The notes under the pieces are model-generated. The model saw only the letters and a list, made by a program, of their open reading frames with translations. It had not been told where the DNA came from and ran no database searches. Of a DNA stretch of 64,000 bases, positions 24,349 to 37,570 are shown piece by piece (position 1 is the stretch's first letter; the number at the start of each line of letters is the position of its first letter). The DNA is from Carcharhinus amblyrhynchos (Eukaryota): positions 52,018,001-52,082,000 of the forward strand of contig OZ336873.1 of NCBI GenBank assembly GCA_965287045.1. Reading direction: 5' to 3'. The position numbers were made by a program, and so were the translations under genes.

Positions 24349-25702
24349 AAAACTTATAATTATTAAATGACCTTGAGGATGAATTTGTTCAATAGAAAAT
24401 GGACCTCGTATTGACTATGTATTTTCAAATAGAACCTGATAAAATCCAACATCCATATCATTAGAGTTCCAAAGGTAGGCTTTACATTATTTTGTAGATT
24501 AACTCTTGTGCTTGAATAGAATAAATACATGAGCTTTGACCTACGAGAGCAAAATGAGCCACAAATTAGAGTTCCGTATTCAAGATTTGAAATCTTGTTC
24601 TAAGTTGTGAGAATTTAAACCATCTGGCAAGCTTATGATTGTATTTTGTTTTAATTATTCACTTTTTTGTATATCCTTCCATGGTATCCCATCAGCCGAT
24701 CTATTCCTGAAACAATGATTCTTTTAAGCAGCAATATTGAATTAAAATGAGCAGAAACACTGGGTGAAAGGAGTGATAGCAAAGCAGGGAAGGGGAATGA
24801 TGCTGCTTTAAGCACTCAACAAAGCACCATTTGGTATGTTTGAGTGCCACTTGGTTTGCATTCAAGTGGCCTTTTATTTGCATCTTGAAAGGAATACCAA
24901 GCACAAGGTTTGGCCGGGTGACCAATTGGAACCGTCTCAAGCATGAAGTTGCTGCCTCCAACTGGCATCCCATCCAACAATCAAAAGATCCAATCTCCCA
25001 ACCGAGCTTAGACTAAGCAGGTCACATTCTGAACTGCAGAACATCACTTCCCATCGGAGCAGCCAGCTGGCATCTGTTCAAAGTCTCGATCTAATGTGAA
25101 GTATCCCTGCTCGATGATGAAGATTGGGTTATGGGAAGGACAGATCAGTGGAAAATTCTATTCATTAGCTCACCAGACATACAAACCTAAGTTCAACTGC
25201 ACAATTCTCAAGGAGAGGATTTTTTTTGTTCCGAAAACTGACAAACGTACATGAATGGCCAAGATCTGTAACTGCAGGAGATTTAAAAATTTGGTGAAAT
25301 GAATGATGAAGCTGAGGTTAGTTGACCACAGGCTTGTGTTTTTAAAAACTACAAGAGGAAACAGATGGAATTGAGGTTCCCTAGCTCAAAAGTTTGAGGA
25401 AAGAATGTGTGGTGGGGTATAGAGCTGTAAGTGTCGATTGAAATGAAGTTTGCAAGAAGGAAAAGTGCATTTTAAAAAATACGCTTGTTCCTTCAACACT
25501 GGGATCAATCGCATTCTGATGAAAACAGAGATGGGTACTATAAACCTGTGTGGGTAAAGTTGAATTTTTGACAAAGGTGGTCATGTTCTGCTTTGGTTTT
25601 CCCAACTGATGAACATTTAGGAAGATTATAGCTTCAAAATGCAACAGGAACCACAAATGGGAACAAAACCATGTCAGTAACCCATTTAAAAACTAGCATA
25701 AA

Positions 25703-26473
25703 ACATAAGAACATAAGAAATAGGAGCAGGAGTAGGCCATCTAGCCCTTCAAGCCAGCCCCGCCATTCAATAAGATCATGGCTGATCTGAAGTGGATCAG
25801 CTCCACTTTCCTGCTTTCTCCCCATAACCCTTAATTCCCCTGTCTATCAAAAACCTATCTACCCGTGACTTAAATATATTTAGCGAGGTAGCCTCCACCA
25901 CTTCAACGGGCAGAGAATTCCAGAGATTCATCACCCTCTGAGTGAAGAAGTTCCTCCTCAACTCCGATCTAAACTGTCCCCCCCCTTATCTTGAGGCTGT
26001 GCCCTCTAGTCTTGCTATCCTTTCTAAGTGGGAAGAATCTCTCTACCTCTACCCTATCCATCCCCTTCATTATCTTATACGTCTCTATAAGATCCCCCCT
26101 CATCCTTCTAAACTCCAACGAGTACAGACCTAGTCTATTTAGTCTCTCTTCATAGTCCAACCCCCTCATCTCCGATATCAGCCTGGTGAACCTCCTCTGC
26201 ACTCCCTCCAAGGCCAATATATCCTTCTGCAAGTGCGGCGACCAAAACTGCACACAGTACTCCACCTGCGGCCTCACCAGTACCCAGTACAGTTGCAGCA
26301 AGACCTCCCTGCTTTTATATTCTATCCCCCTCGCTATAAAGGCCAGCATTCCATTCGCCTTCTTGATCACTTGCTGCACCTGCAGACTGGGTTTTTGCAA
26401 CTCGTGGACAAGGACCCCCACCGCAGCATGTTGCAGCTTTTCGCCTTTTAAATAATAATCCCTTCTACTGTTA
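25703..26473 (-). mobile_element. CR1 LINE 3' ~770 bp (sister subfamily)
   Basis: ORF 25969-26490; same tail; small internal deletion near 26419. Confidence 0.92.
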
Positions 26474-26569
26474 AGTAGAATATTAAACATCTTTTCTGCA
26501 AACTTCTATGTAGAGGTTCTCAATCTCCCAGCTCCTCCCCTCATTGAATCTTTTCATTCAGAATTAGTT

Positions 26570-26757
26570 ACGTGGATTCTCCATGCTTAATTGCCCCTTG
26601 CTGTCCGAAGATGTGCAGGTTAGGTGGATTGGCAATGGGAAATGTGTGGGGTTACATGGATAAGGCAGGGGAGGTGGGCCTGAGTAAGATACTCTGTCAG
26701 AGAGTCCATGCAGACTTGTTGGGTTGAATGACCTCCTCTGCACTGTAGAATATTCTA
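26570..26757 (+). mobile_element. HE1/V-SINE-like 3' fragment
   Basis: gtccgaagatgtgcaggttaggtggattggc...cctcctctgcactgtagaatattct. Confidence 0.7.
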
Positions 26758-27346
26758 GAATTTTATTATTATCCACAAGCACTAGTCAAAGCTGTGCTTG
26801 AAAACAATTTCTTTGATTTTCTGTATTTACAGCAGCCATAGCCATTTTTCCTGAGAGGTATAACGTTGTTAGCTATAACTGATATACAAATCAAAAGGGA
26901 CAAAGACACAGTGTTGGAGAAAAGTTATATTGAGCAAAGTACGTAGGATAGAGGAGCAGGGTTAGACCATCCAGACTGAGAAGGCTGCTTTGCCATTAAA
27001 TGCCATCATGGCTAATTTTAGGCTTCAAATCCACTTTCCTGCCAGCTGCCCCCAACCCTTCATTCCCTGAGAGCAATGGGAATGCCGGTGATGATTGGGG
27101 TGAGAGAGGCCACAGATATCTCCATAGTGGAGGCAGGAGGGTGATAAATTATTTTTCAATTATCCAGCCCAAGTGAAGTCAGTTCGCAGCTCTGAGAGAC
27201 CCACTTCGCCAGAGTAACGGCACAAACCACCTCCAGAGAGAGTGGAGAGATCTGAAGAGAAAACTGGCCAGTGGAGCTGGAGAGTTCCACACTAGCTTTC
27301 TCACCAGAACTGACACTCTGCCAAATTCTCACAATATTCTGCCTGA

Positions 27347-27465
27347 TGGGTGCGATCTTACCAGTTGTTCATGCTGTGCTACCCTTCCAGCGAAGTTGGA
27401 GAATTTGGCAGCCAGTCAAGTCTCCGTTCACTGCAGCCGGATGGGAAAATCCCGCCAGTGTGAAA
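27347..27465. mobile_element. ~120-bp TIR element
   Basis: gggtgcgatcttacc...gggaaaatcccgcc; internal sequence is homologous to 53587-53719. Confidence 0.6.
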
Positions 27466-27509
27466 TAGATGTAACATTCCAGCTGAAGTCTCAGTATCTA
27501 CCCTGTCAA

Positions 27510-28248
27510 TCCCCATGCCAAATGGTAAGTGCACCACAACCTCCAGGCAATGACCTTGTTCAAGAAGATAAAATCTAACCATCTACTCTTGACATTCAGT
27601 GTCATTGCATCACCATCAGTATCATGGAGGGTTACCATTAACCGTAAGCTGAACTGAACCAACCATATAAATACTGTGGCAGTAAGAGCGGGTCAAAGAC
27701 TGCGAATCCTATGGAGAGTAACTTACCTCCTGACTCCACAAAGTCTATTCACCATCTACATGGCACAAGTCAGGAGTGATGGAATACTCTCCAGTTGCCT
27801 GGATGAATGCAACTCCAATAACGCACTCAAGAATCTTGACACCATCCAGGATGAAGCAGCCCGCTTGGTGGGCCTCATCCAGCACTTCATGCACTCACTC
27901 CCTCTGCCAAAGACTCATAGTAGCTGCTGTTTGTACCATTTACAAGATGTACTGCAGCAGCCCATGACCACTGTCATCTAGAAGGACAAGAGCAGCAAGC
28001 ATATGACCTCAAGTTCTCCTTCAAGCAACTCACCATCCTGACATGGAACTATAGCCCTGCTCCTTCACTGTTGCTGCTTCAAAATCCTGGAACTCCCTTT
28101 TTAACCACACTGTGAGGGTATCTATACCACATTGACTGCAGCGATTCAAGAAGGCAGCTCACTACCACCTTCTGAAAGACAATTAGGGATGGGCAATAAA
28201 TTCGTATCTAGCCATCGACATCCACATCCTGTGAATGAATAAAAAAAA
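27510..28248 (+). mobile_element. Non-LTR retrotransposon (CR1/L2-group) 3' fragment with A-rich tail
   Basis: Remnants LTPQSLFTIY.AQVRS.MEYSP.AWM...LDTIQDEAARL; ends caattagggatgggcaataaa...cacatcctgtgaatgaataaaaaaaa. Confidence 0.8.
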
Positions 28249-28249
28249 T

Positions 28250-29042
28250 CTTGAATGTTTCAATAAGATCTTCAGAGAATATCACTTCAATTTACACAGC
28301 CTCTCACCACAGGACAATCCTCTCACCCTTTGGATCAACCTAGTGAATCTTTGCTCTATTACCTCTACTTCAAGTACATCCTTCCTTAATATAAAATCAA
28401 AATTGTGCATAATATTCCAGGTTTGATTTTCCCAAAGTCCTGTATAACTGTAGCATCCTTTTTGCACTTAAATCCCCTTGCAATAAAGGCCAACATACCA
28501 TTTGCCTTCACTTTTTACGTTTTTGTATAGGTACATCAAGGGCTGAATTTTCCTGTGGCACCCACGATGGGAAAGGTAGCAGGCAGAGGCTGACTATGCA
28601 AAGTCTGTTCACCTCAGGCAGGAATTTCTGGCCTTGGGGCCGAGCACATCCAGAAAATCCCACCCCAAACCTTTCTGAACATCAACATTTACAAGTTCCA
28701 CTCATTTAAAGAAGAATTCTGCTTTTCTGTTCTTATAACCAAAATGAATATGCTCATACTTCCTCATATTCCCTCTGCCACCTGGTTGCCCTCTGTCTAA
28801 TCTGTCTAAAACTCTTGGCAGCCTCTCTGTCCGCTTCACAGTTTGCATTCATTCCCACCAAGCCTTGATTCATCAACAAACTTAGCTACGTTTCTCTTTA
28901 TCTCTTGGCTATTTAAAGTCTGTTATCTATACCAGAGGCCCCAGAAGTGATCCTTGCAGCTCTCAGTAGTCACAACCTGCCAATCTGAGAATGTCCCATT
29001 TATCCCTACTTTCTGCTTCCTGTCTGTTAACCAATCTCTCCA
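28250..29042 (-). mobile_element. Old CR1 fragment containing a TIR-element insertion
   Basis: ORF 28282-28467 (LRKDVLEVEVIEQRFTRLI...GLSCGERL). Confidence 0.75.
28540..28665. mobile_element. 126-bp TIR element with 3-bp TSD (CAA)
   Basis: caa|gggctgaattttcc ... agaaaatcccaccc|caa; reverse-complement homolog at ~49450-49575. Confidence 0.75.
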
Positions 29043-29169
29043 TGGTACCACAGATCAAATATCCTCTATCCGTACATTTGAGAACCGAAAGCATCCAAAA
29101 ACTGAACATTTTTCTGATGGTTATGCCGTTAATTTTAATGTTAATAAAGCAATATGATATATTACAGGT

Positions 29170-29680
29170 GTGTGGAGGGTGATGACTGAAGTCTACACGG
29201 TGATTGGTGTGGGGAGGATGATGACTGTAGTCTGCAGGTTGTTTGGTGTGGGGAGGATGATGACTGTAGTCTGCAGGTTGTTTGATGTGGGGAGGATGAT
29301 GACTGTTGTCTGCAGGTTTGATGTGGGGAGGATGATGACTGTAGTCTACATGGTGATTGGTGTGGGGAGGATGATGACTGTAGTCTGCAGGTTGTTTGAT
29401 GTGGGGAGGATGATGACTGAAGTCTACACGGTGATTGGTGTGGGGAGGATGATGACTGTAGTCTGCAGGTTGTTTGATGTGGGGAGGATGATGACTGTAG
29501 TCTGCAGGTTGTTTCGCGTGGGGAGGATGATAACTGTAGTCTACAGATTGTGGGGAGGATGATGACTAGTCTGCAGGTTCATTGATGCGGTGAGGATGAT
29601 GGCTGTAAACTGCAGGTTGATTAGTGTGGGGAGGATGATGACTAGTCTGGTGCGGGATTTAGTTGGTATGGAGAGGATTA
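29170..29680. repeat. 39-bp minisatellite, ~13 copies (consensus gtggggaggatgatgactgtagtctgcaggttgtttgat)
   Basis: Tandem units are visible directly and degenerate at the 3' end. Confidence 0.95.
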
Positions 29681-30113
29681 TGGTTATGGTTTTGAGGCAG
29701 TTTGTGGAATGAAAAAGTTCTAATTTGAAACATTTTAAGCCTGGGAACCGTTGTTAGAAATTGAGATATAAGATGATATAGGATGGAATGACGTTATCAG
29801 TAAAATGCTGAGTGCAGGTGGTGCAAGGGGCCTTTCTCTGAGGTAAATACGAGGTAGATGATTTGTTGTAGAGATTTTGTGACAATATTTAAATAGTTAT
29901 ATAGTAATGTTTGAGGTAAAGCATGTGGTTTTCTTGTATAATGGCCCTGCTGCTCTGAGTGAGATTCCAGATAAGATGCTTCAAAGAGAATTTGAAAAAC
30001 CTATAGGACAGTTGTTGGGATAAATTATAAACACCACAGGTATTCTGAAGCCAATGTAATGTCGCTAGGGCCACTTCTGGTGTTGACAGGTCTGCAGTTC
30101 AGTTGGATACTTG

Positions 30114-30238
30114 GGCTGGAATTTTACCAACATGCACACCTGAGGCTCATGAGATTGTGCCTGAAGCCAACGGAGAACGTCATATGTGAGCCTCGTCTAC
30201 TGTGGTTTCAGGGCAGACGTGCCTGTAAAATCAGGCCC
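30114..30238. mobile_element. ~125-bp TIR element, possible TSD TTG
   Basis: ttg|ggctggaattttac ... gtaaaatcaggccc|ttg. Confidence 0.65.
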
Positions 30239-30569
30239 TTGGCTTTGGTTTGTGTAAAGAAAAACTAATTTGAACTGGAATGAATTTTGGAGAAAGCATA
30301 ACTGTTTAGCAAAGCAAGATGATATCAAAATAAAGAGAGGGAAATTAGGGCAGAATTTGTACAAGATCAGTATTGAGAAATATTTAATTAGAAACAGAAA
30401 AGAAAATAGGAAGAATTTATGTTTGCCTGAGAATGTTTCTGAAGCATCCAATATAAATTGCTTTGTAGTTCAGGAGATGGATACGCTGCCCATTTTGAAG
30501 AAGGCAACAATGTGAATTAGCAGATTATCTGTTTTTGACATATAGACTAAGGGAAAAATTTGGCAAAGG

Positions 30570-30820
30570 GACCAAGATAGAGACTCTCTGCTCCATTTGA
30601 ATTATAGCCATGGGGATTTGAATATCCATCATTCGAACCAACAGATTGAGTTCTGGTTAAACATTTCATTTGAAAGGCAGTACTTTCAACACTGTTGTAA
30701 TGCCTCAGTGCTACACTGAAGTCCAGCCCAGATCAGGTGCTCAAGTCTCTGGATTAGGATTTGAACTCACAAGTCTCTGGTTCCAGAGGCGAGAATGTTA
30801 CCAGTTGAGCTGAGCCGATA
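30570..30820 (-). mobile_element. Deu-domain tRNA SINE
   Basis: gccatggggatttgaatatcc...ctcagtgctacactgaagtccagccc...gtgctcaagtctctgg...gatttgaactcac (B-box, reverse complement). Confidence 0.65.
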
Positions 30821-31102
30821 GATAGAGTTAAAGGTAGCATATTCATGATAACAGAGCTGAAATATTAAGAAAACAGCAAATGAAAATCAATAAACGAGTA
30901 CTTGCAGCATTCATTGTGCTGTTGATAGAATAAAGTGTTTTTGCACCACTATAAAGAGTACTGCAGCTTCAGGGTTATTGGGAGAGAGAAAACATGGATA
31001 ATCTGCAGCTCATAGAGACCAAGTTAAAATCTGGGCACCAAGGATTTCATTGCAGTAATACACTCCCTTGCGGACAACGTGTAACTACTCCACAAATGTG
31101 TA

Positions 31103-31233
31103 TAAGAACATAAGAAATAGGAGCAGGAGTAGGACATCTAGCCCCTCGAGCCTGCCCCGCCATTCAATAAGATCATGGCTGATCTGTCGTGTCTCAGTTC
31201 CACATTCCCGCCCTCTCCCCATAACCCTTAATC
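31103..31233 (-). mobile_element. 130-bp 3' stub of the young CR1 family
   Basis: Near-identical to 4437-4570. Confidence 0.9.
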
Positions 31234-32271
31234 CTGTATGAACAGGAAAAAGTTTTAAATATTCAGAATGGACAAAAAACACTGTACAGGTTTCATAAAA
31301 AAATGTGCACAGATGAGGAAGGATCTAACATTTACTTGAAGACTGGATCATCTTTGCTCAACAGGAGTGTTGAATTAATTTGAATGGAAATCCATGATGT
31401 TCAGAACAGCAACATGGGAGTTCCTATTGTAGATCAGAGCAGTAAGGGAATGGATTTGAAATTATTTGAACCTACACAGAGAAACAAGAGCATGGATAAT
31501 GAAGGATTTTAATGGCACTGAATCCAGTGGCAATCTTTCAAAAAGGATAAATCTGTGCCGCTGGTAGAATTGTTACTGGATATATAACATATTAATAGGA
31601 GATCAAGGAAAAAACATCTTCCAATCATTTAGTCTGAGGTGATGGAAAATTTTGAAGGTTAGCAACACTTGAGCAGCAGTGGAGGGCAGGACCGAGGAAT
31701 AAAACAGGAGACTAATATTTACTATGTAGTCCTGTACTACCTAATACGGGTTGTAGATATGGACAGTGTGATGCTTTTAGACACACTAATTTTAGTAGAA
31801 ACCTTTTACATAGACACAATACAAGTAAATATACTTCTTGAGTGTGTATATTTACTCAATGAACATCTACCTCCAGTCAGTAACTAAGGAAGTCAAGCAC
31901 TCACAAGGATGGAAAAGCACTCACACATTTTTGTCTTGTCATTTCATCACTAAATGCCCACAAAGGTTAAAGTCCAAATGCACACCTTGTGTGAAAATGA
32001 ACATTTAGATTACATGCCCTATAATTTAGTAATCAATTACAATTTGCCACATCTGGACTCCCGATTAGACACATGTGGTTAGAAGAAGGTTAATATTGGA
32101 GACCTGGAACAAGGTTGCTAAATAGTGAGATTAATAATCAATAAGATATAGGAAAAACACAAGATGCTTTAAAAAGGGTTTCAAACAGTCAGGTGGAAGC
32201 TCATAAAAGGTGACCAGGAATCTAAAGGATAAATTCTAAAAATGAAATTTAACAAGATATTCAGAGAATAA

Positions 32272-32613
<342 letters not shown>

Positions 32614-33144
32614 TAATCGAACCAGGGCAACATCAGCATGAGGCATGCATGTGCGATAAATGTTGGCTTTGTTTGATTAAATGGTCAGCACTGGAATTTA
32701 CATAGTTCTTTCTCAAATCAGAAGTTGGATATTGGAATTTGCTTGTCAAACAAACAACAAAAGACTCTTGTGGCATTAGTGGAATCTCAAGTACAAGATA
32801 CATTTTGGATGTGGATTGATCCTTTTCGTCCGTGTTCAGTTGACTGTCTGTGCTCAACTGTCCCAATGTGGCTGCTTTTAAGTTTAGAATTTAAATGGAA
32901 TACATGATGTAACTCTGTATCTGTCATACTTGACTCCTTGACTGATAGTCATCAATGATGCTACTTAGCAAGTCCAGCACAAATCAACTTGAGGTGCTTA
33001 CAGTGGCCTCCATGTGTTATATTAAAACAAACTTGTGTTTTGTTTCCTGGAGAGCAAAGGCATTGATGATTTGTTCACATTAAAAATGCTGAGTTTGCCA
33101 ATTCAGTTGTGCCCAGTGCTTATAATGCCCAGAGAGAGTATATG

Positions 33145-33952
33145 GGTGGAGTTCTCCCATTCTGAGACTAAGTGCTGTGGTGAGGGGGTGGGAACGTGGA
33201 GTGTTTTCCACTCTGGAGGCTGGCGGGAAATGACACCAAAACCTTTGTCCTGATCTTATTACTTATGCATGTGAGTTTTTCACATCATATTCAGTGGCGG
33301 GTCAGGCCTAGAAGTCATGTAGTTCATCATCAAGTCCAGGCGTCATATTGAAAAGGCACCAACATCGCTGACCCACTATTGAAGAAAGAAGGTGGACCTC
33401 CTGATAATGAAGATGGGTCTCTGTGAGCGTTCCAAGATGAGAAGATAGACCTCCAGACAAAGAATTTGGACCTCCAGGAACGTTTTTGAGGCTGGAAAGT
33501 GACTCCTCTCCAGGACATCAAATCTGGAAGGTTCCCCCTGAAGATGCTCTCCCCACCCACTGCTGCAGTGTTCAGGGTTGCCAGCGGCCTCCATCCTGAA
33601 CTCTGGAGGCAGCCTCTGGCATTATTTAGATGAGTCCTGAGATCCACACAGAACCATAGAACATTGTTCCAAACATGTTCCATGCCATTGGGTTTTCTTG
33701 CCAGTATTGTGGAAACTATGGCAGGGGGACGGGGGGAATTGGGGAGACGGACAACTTCATAGTCATCCCATTAACAGGATACAAATGAGGTTCAGTTTGG
33801 CTTCTGACAAGTTTCCTGACCTGCCGTGGCAGAACAGCTGTGGATCCCATCATAAATTCACATTGGATGAAACCAATTTTTTGGCCTCCCATCATATTTT
33901 TCACCCGCACCTGCCATCAAACTCGCCAGTGGGGGCTTGGGAGAATTCCGCT
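33145..33952. mobile_element. ~810-bp TIR element (Harbinger-like non-autonomous), possible TSD ATG
   Basis: atg|ggtggagttctccc ... gggagaattccgct|atg; GC-richer than its flanks. Confidence 0.6.
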
Positions 33953-36149
33953 ATGTCTCTACCAGATTTGAACTTTACTCCAGATTCAAATCCCAATCAT
34001 GTTATGAATTGGATCACACAGCCAGCTCAGAACAAAATGGATAACGTGTGCCACCATCGCACTTGGAACATGTACATTACCTTTACGAAAAGCAGCTGAT
34101 GTTAATAGATTTTAAACAGAGCATTAGTCCCTCTGTTGCCTTCAGCTGTTTTGTCATGATCATGCATATGTGCAGTTGTATGTGTGCCGAGTATGTGTAC
34201 TCCCTCCAGTGGTTTGGTGATTGCACCATTTCCTCAGTGATTTTTGAATTGATGTTTGTATAAAATTGCAGCCTCAGGCTTGATACGGAGTTCGTTTTGC
34301 TATTGGGTTACAATTCTGGCATTATTGTTAAAGGCCTGAGCTGACTGAATTACAGACTTCTAGACCCATCCTCAATGCATCCACACAACATAACCCTCAG
34401 GCATAATATCAACCAATCCTGATGGTAGAATGTGGTAACCTTTCTACTTCTAGCATCCATTCATTGTACCCATTAAATAAAAAACTGTAAAACCCATTTA
34501 GATGCAATGGATTAATACCCAGTTTGCAGACTCCTTTACTTACTTCATAGAGATATAAATTTGTAATTGCTATGGTAACATTTTTGAGATGTTAGTAGAA
34601 AGCTGACCAACACATGAAGCTGCATGATCTTTCCTTGTGCTGTGCAATGCATTAGTGAAAAAAAATTGTGATGTAAGAACCCAGAATCTGAAATGTACAA
34701 AGATGACCATCTTCTCTGAAGGTACAGATCATGTAGTATTTAGTTCTGCCATCTGATCAGCATCCTGTGTTTACTTCTGAGAAATTCCTCATAGTCACTC
34801 AATTATTTTTCTATTACAATCTCCTGGTGTAGGGTCATCTCCAGAAGCCAAGTAAGGGTTAAGGGTTTCAAAGCTAACATTGAGATATTGACAGTTGTTA
34901 AGTTAGAATCCTAATGGGAGGGGTGCATTCGATCCCCATGTAGGAGTGATGAAGAGATATGGACCGGAATTTTATTGCCTGATTTCGGGGCAGGCGAGGC
35001 TCGCAGAACGGAATCCTTCCTTCGCCTCAAAAGGGATTGTATGAGTCTTTCCTGGACAAAGTCGCAAAATCCCGATGATGGTTTGAATTCCTTTTTTGGT
35101 TGTGAGCTGTCTTTGGGAACATTTCAGATTTTACATCCAGCGTAAATGACACACAATAACTCCATTTGCTTAGAAATGGTGGGCTAAAATAGCATAGTGA
35201 ACAGTTAAAGTTGCACAGTCACTGTTTATGGCATCATGTGAACCTCTTTCTTCAAGCAAGTAGGTTGTAGCTTGCTTGCAATCATCTAGTTTGTTATAGA
35301 AGCCTTGACTTTTAATGTTACAGAGTGCAGCCCTCGTCCACCGCAATTAGACTTTAATGTATTTTGCTAAAAGCTTGCTGGACTATTCCGTTGCAAGACT
35401 ATCTAACTTAGAGCATTTGTAGAATATGATAACTTTACTTGTAGCACAATGGATACTTCTTCTCTGCTTTTTTCTCTGCGCCCTACTCCTCTTACTCCCA
35501 GTGGTTTTGACTCTGTAATGGAATATGAATCCAGGACCAGGCTTCCTTTGCTAGCACACCAGTGGCCATGTGTAGATTTTCACAGACAGAGTTATCAGCC
35601 TGATCCATGATGGGTACACTCCCAGCTAAGCACAATGCCATGATACCTGATCACACGTTCGCAGTTTCAGCAGGAATTATTGGTTAGTGAAAAGGAGCAG
35701 GCATACTGGCCAATCTTTTTCTCCCTAACCCACAGGTGCTGAGGCAGAATTGCAGCTTTGCCTGAGATTCATCACCTTGGACTAGATATTAAATGTATGG
35801 CTGTTTAGTTTGTACAGTTTCTGTTTCAAATGACCTTAATTCGATTGTAAGAGATACCCCACTGTGAAAGTTAAAGGACACAGCATATGCAGTATGATAT
35901 ACCTTATGGCACTGGGCATGGAAAAAGTAAATAAACTAAGGGTTAATATTAGAAAGTGCTCATCCAGGCCTGATGGGTCACAAGCGTGTGTATTCTATAG
36001 CTGGTAACTCCCTTGAGTCCAGTGTGATATGATTATAGTTGTTATGTAGAGGATATTCCCTTAAGACTGTGTAATGTGATTAGAGGTGTTTTTGTAGAAG
36101 ATATTTCTGTGGGTATAATTAGAAGTGCTATACAGAGGATACTCTGTGG

Positions 36150-37570
36150 CCAAACAACTCCCTGCTCCAGGTTCATGCAAGAGACCATTGGCAACACTTT
36201 CAGAATAAACAACCTTCTGCAAGCTTCCCTTCTCCATTTACTCCATTCTCAGTTCTTACGCCTGAAGCAAGAAGATAATGACAACTTCCTCAAAATTGAT
36301 GCTATCCACCAGCTGCCCAATTATCTTCCTATCCTGCAACACTTGTTCATCTTCAACCAGCTCTTGTCAGTTTCATCTTCCTCTGAGAAATGCTCATGCT
36401 TTTAAAATTGAAATGCCTATCAACTTTCCTGTCCTCTCAGCCTAGAACCACCCCCCTCCAAAATTATCTTCAACCAAACACCTTGAATCTATTGGTTCCA
36501 CTCAACCCATCCACCATTCCCTGCTTCAGTTCTTCCAGTCTGGTGCTATCCATGTCCAACTCAGACTCTCTTGCTCAGAGTCATCATTGACAACTTATGT
36601 GAGTGATTGTGGTGTTCTCTTCCTTCTCCATCTCTCTGTGACTTGTACGATTAACCATTCCATTCTCTTCCATCGCTAGTCCTCTACAGCTCACCTCAGC
36701 AGCATTGTATTCTTCTGGTTCCATTCTATGTTATTGAAATGAATTAAACATATATTTTACAATATTTCAGCTTCCAATGCCCAATCGTTCATTACTGATA
36801 GGCCCAGAAGGTCAATTCCTGGTTTCTCTCCTATTCATAACTTCTATAATGCTTTTTGCCAATAATATAAAGATATATGTCTGCCCAGAGTATCACACTG
36901 TTTCGTGTTTGATTCCATAACTGGCATTTTTATATCTGACACTTTTTGCATTGGATCCTGAACTAGCTGAAATTTTGTTCAGTTCGTGCGAACAGGAGTG
37001 AAGTCATTCTGATCGGCTTAAATCAAATGATGTTGATTTTGCCTTTGTCCGATGCTGCTTGATGGAACTCAACTGTGCACCACCCAGGCCCTGTGCTTAG
37101 TCTATAGCTAAATATCTTTGCGTTCACCTCTGAAACTGTTCAGTCTAATGCCCTGACAACATTCCCACAACTGCTGAGACTTTCAGTCATTCCTTCATCA
37201 TTTTCGGCATTCTTTGAGCCACAGTGATGAAGCTGTCATACAATAGAAATCTCTGCATACTCATTACTCCTGTCCTTGCTAACCTCTGCTGATTTCCAGA
37301 ATATTAATTTCAAAATCCTAGCTGCCATCTTGTTCTTACTCCTTTGACCCTCCCCAGTCTTTCTTTCAATCCAAGATTTCAGCAGGTACCCTCTGCCCTA
37401 AGTCAAATTATTTTGTGCCCTTAACATTCTGCTTTTCTTTGATCTCTTGTCCTGCACATTTTCTCCTTTCCTTCAAAAACCTCCTCAAAATCCATGACCA
37501 AGTTTTTCACTCTTCTCCTCTTCCCCTGAGCTTCCCAGTTCTGAGACAGCTGAAAGGTATCTTGTGACGA
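36150..37570 (+). mobile_element. Old, heavily decayed L2-like LINE
   Basis: Pyrimidine-rich plus strand; ccttcaaaaacctcctcaaaatcc..gaccaagttttt is a typical L2 3' motif. Confidence 0.55.

Noticed and set aside
29170-29680. CRISPR-like array or snoRNA cluster (ATGATGA box C in each unit)
   Set aside because: Units are contiguous with no unique spacers, the context is eukaryotic with no cas genes, and there is no consistent box D or terminal stem.
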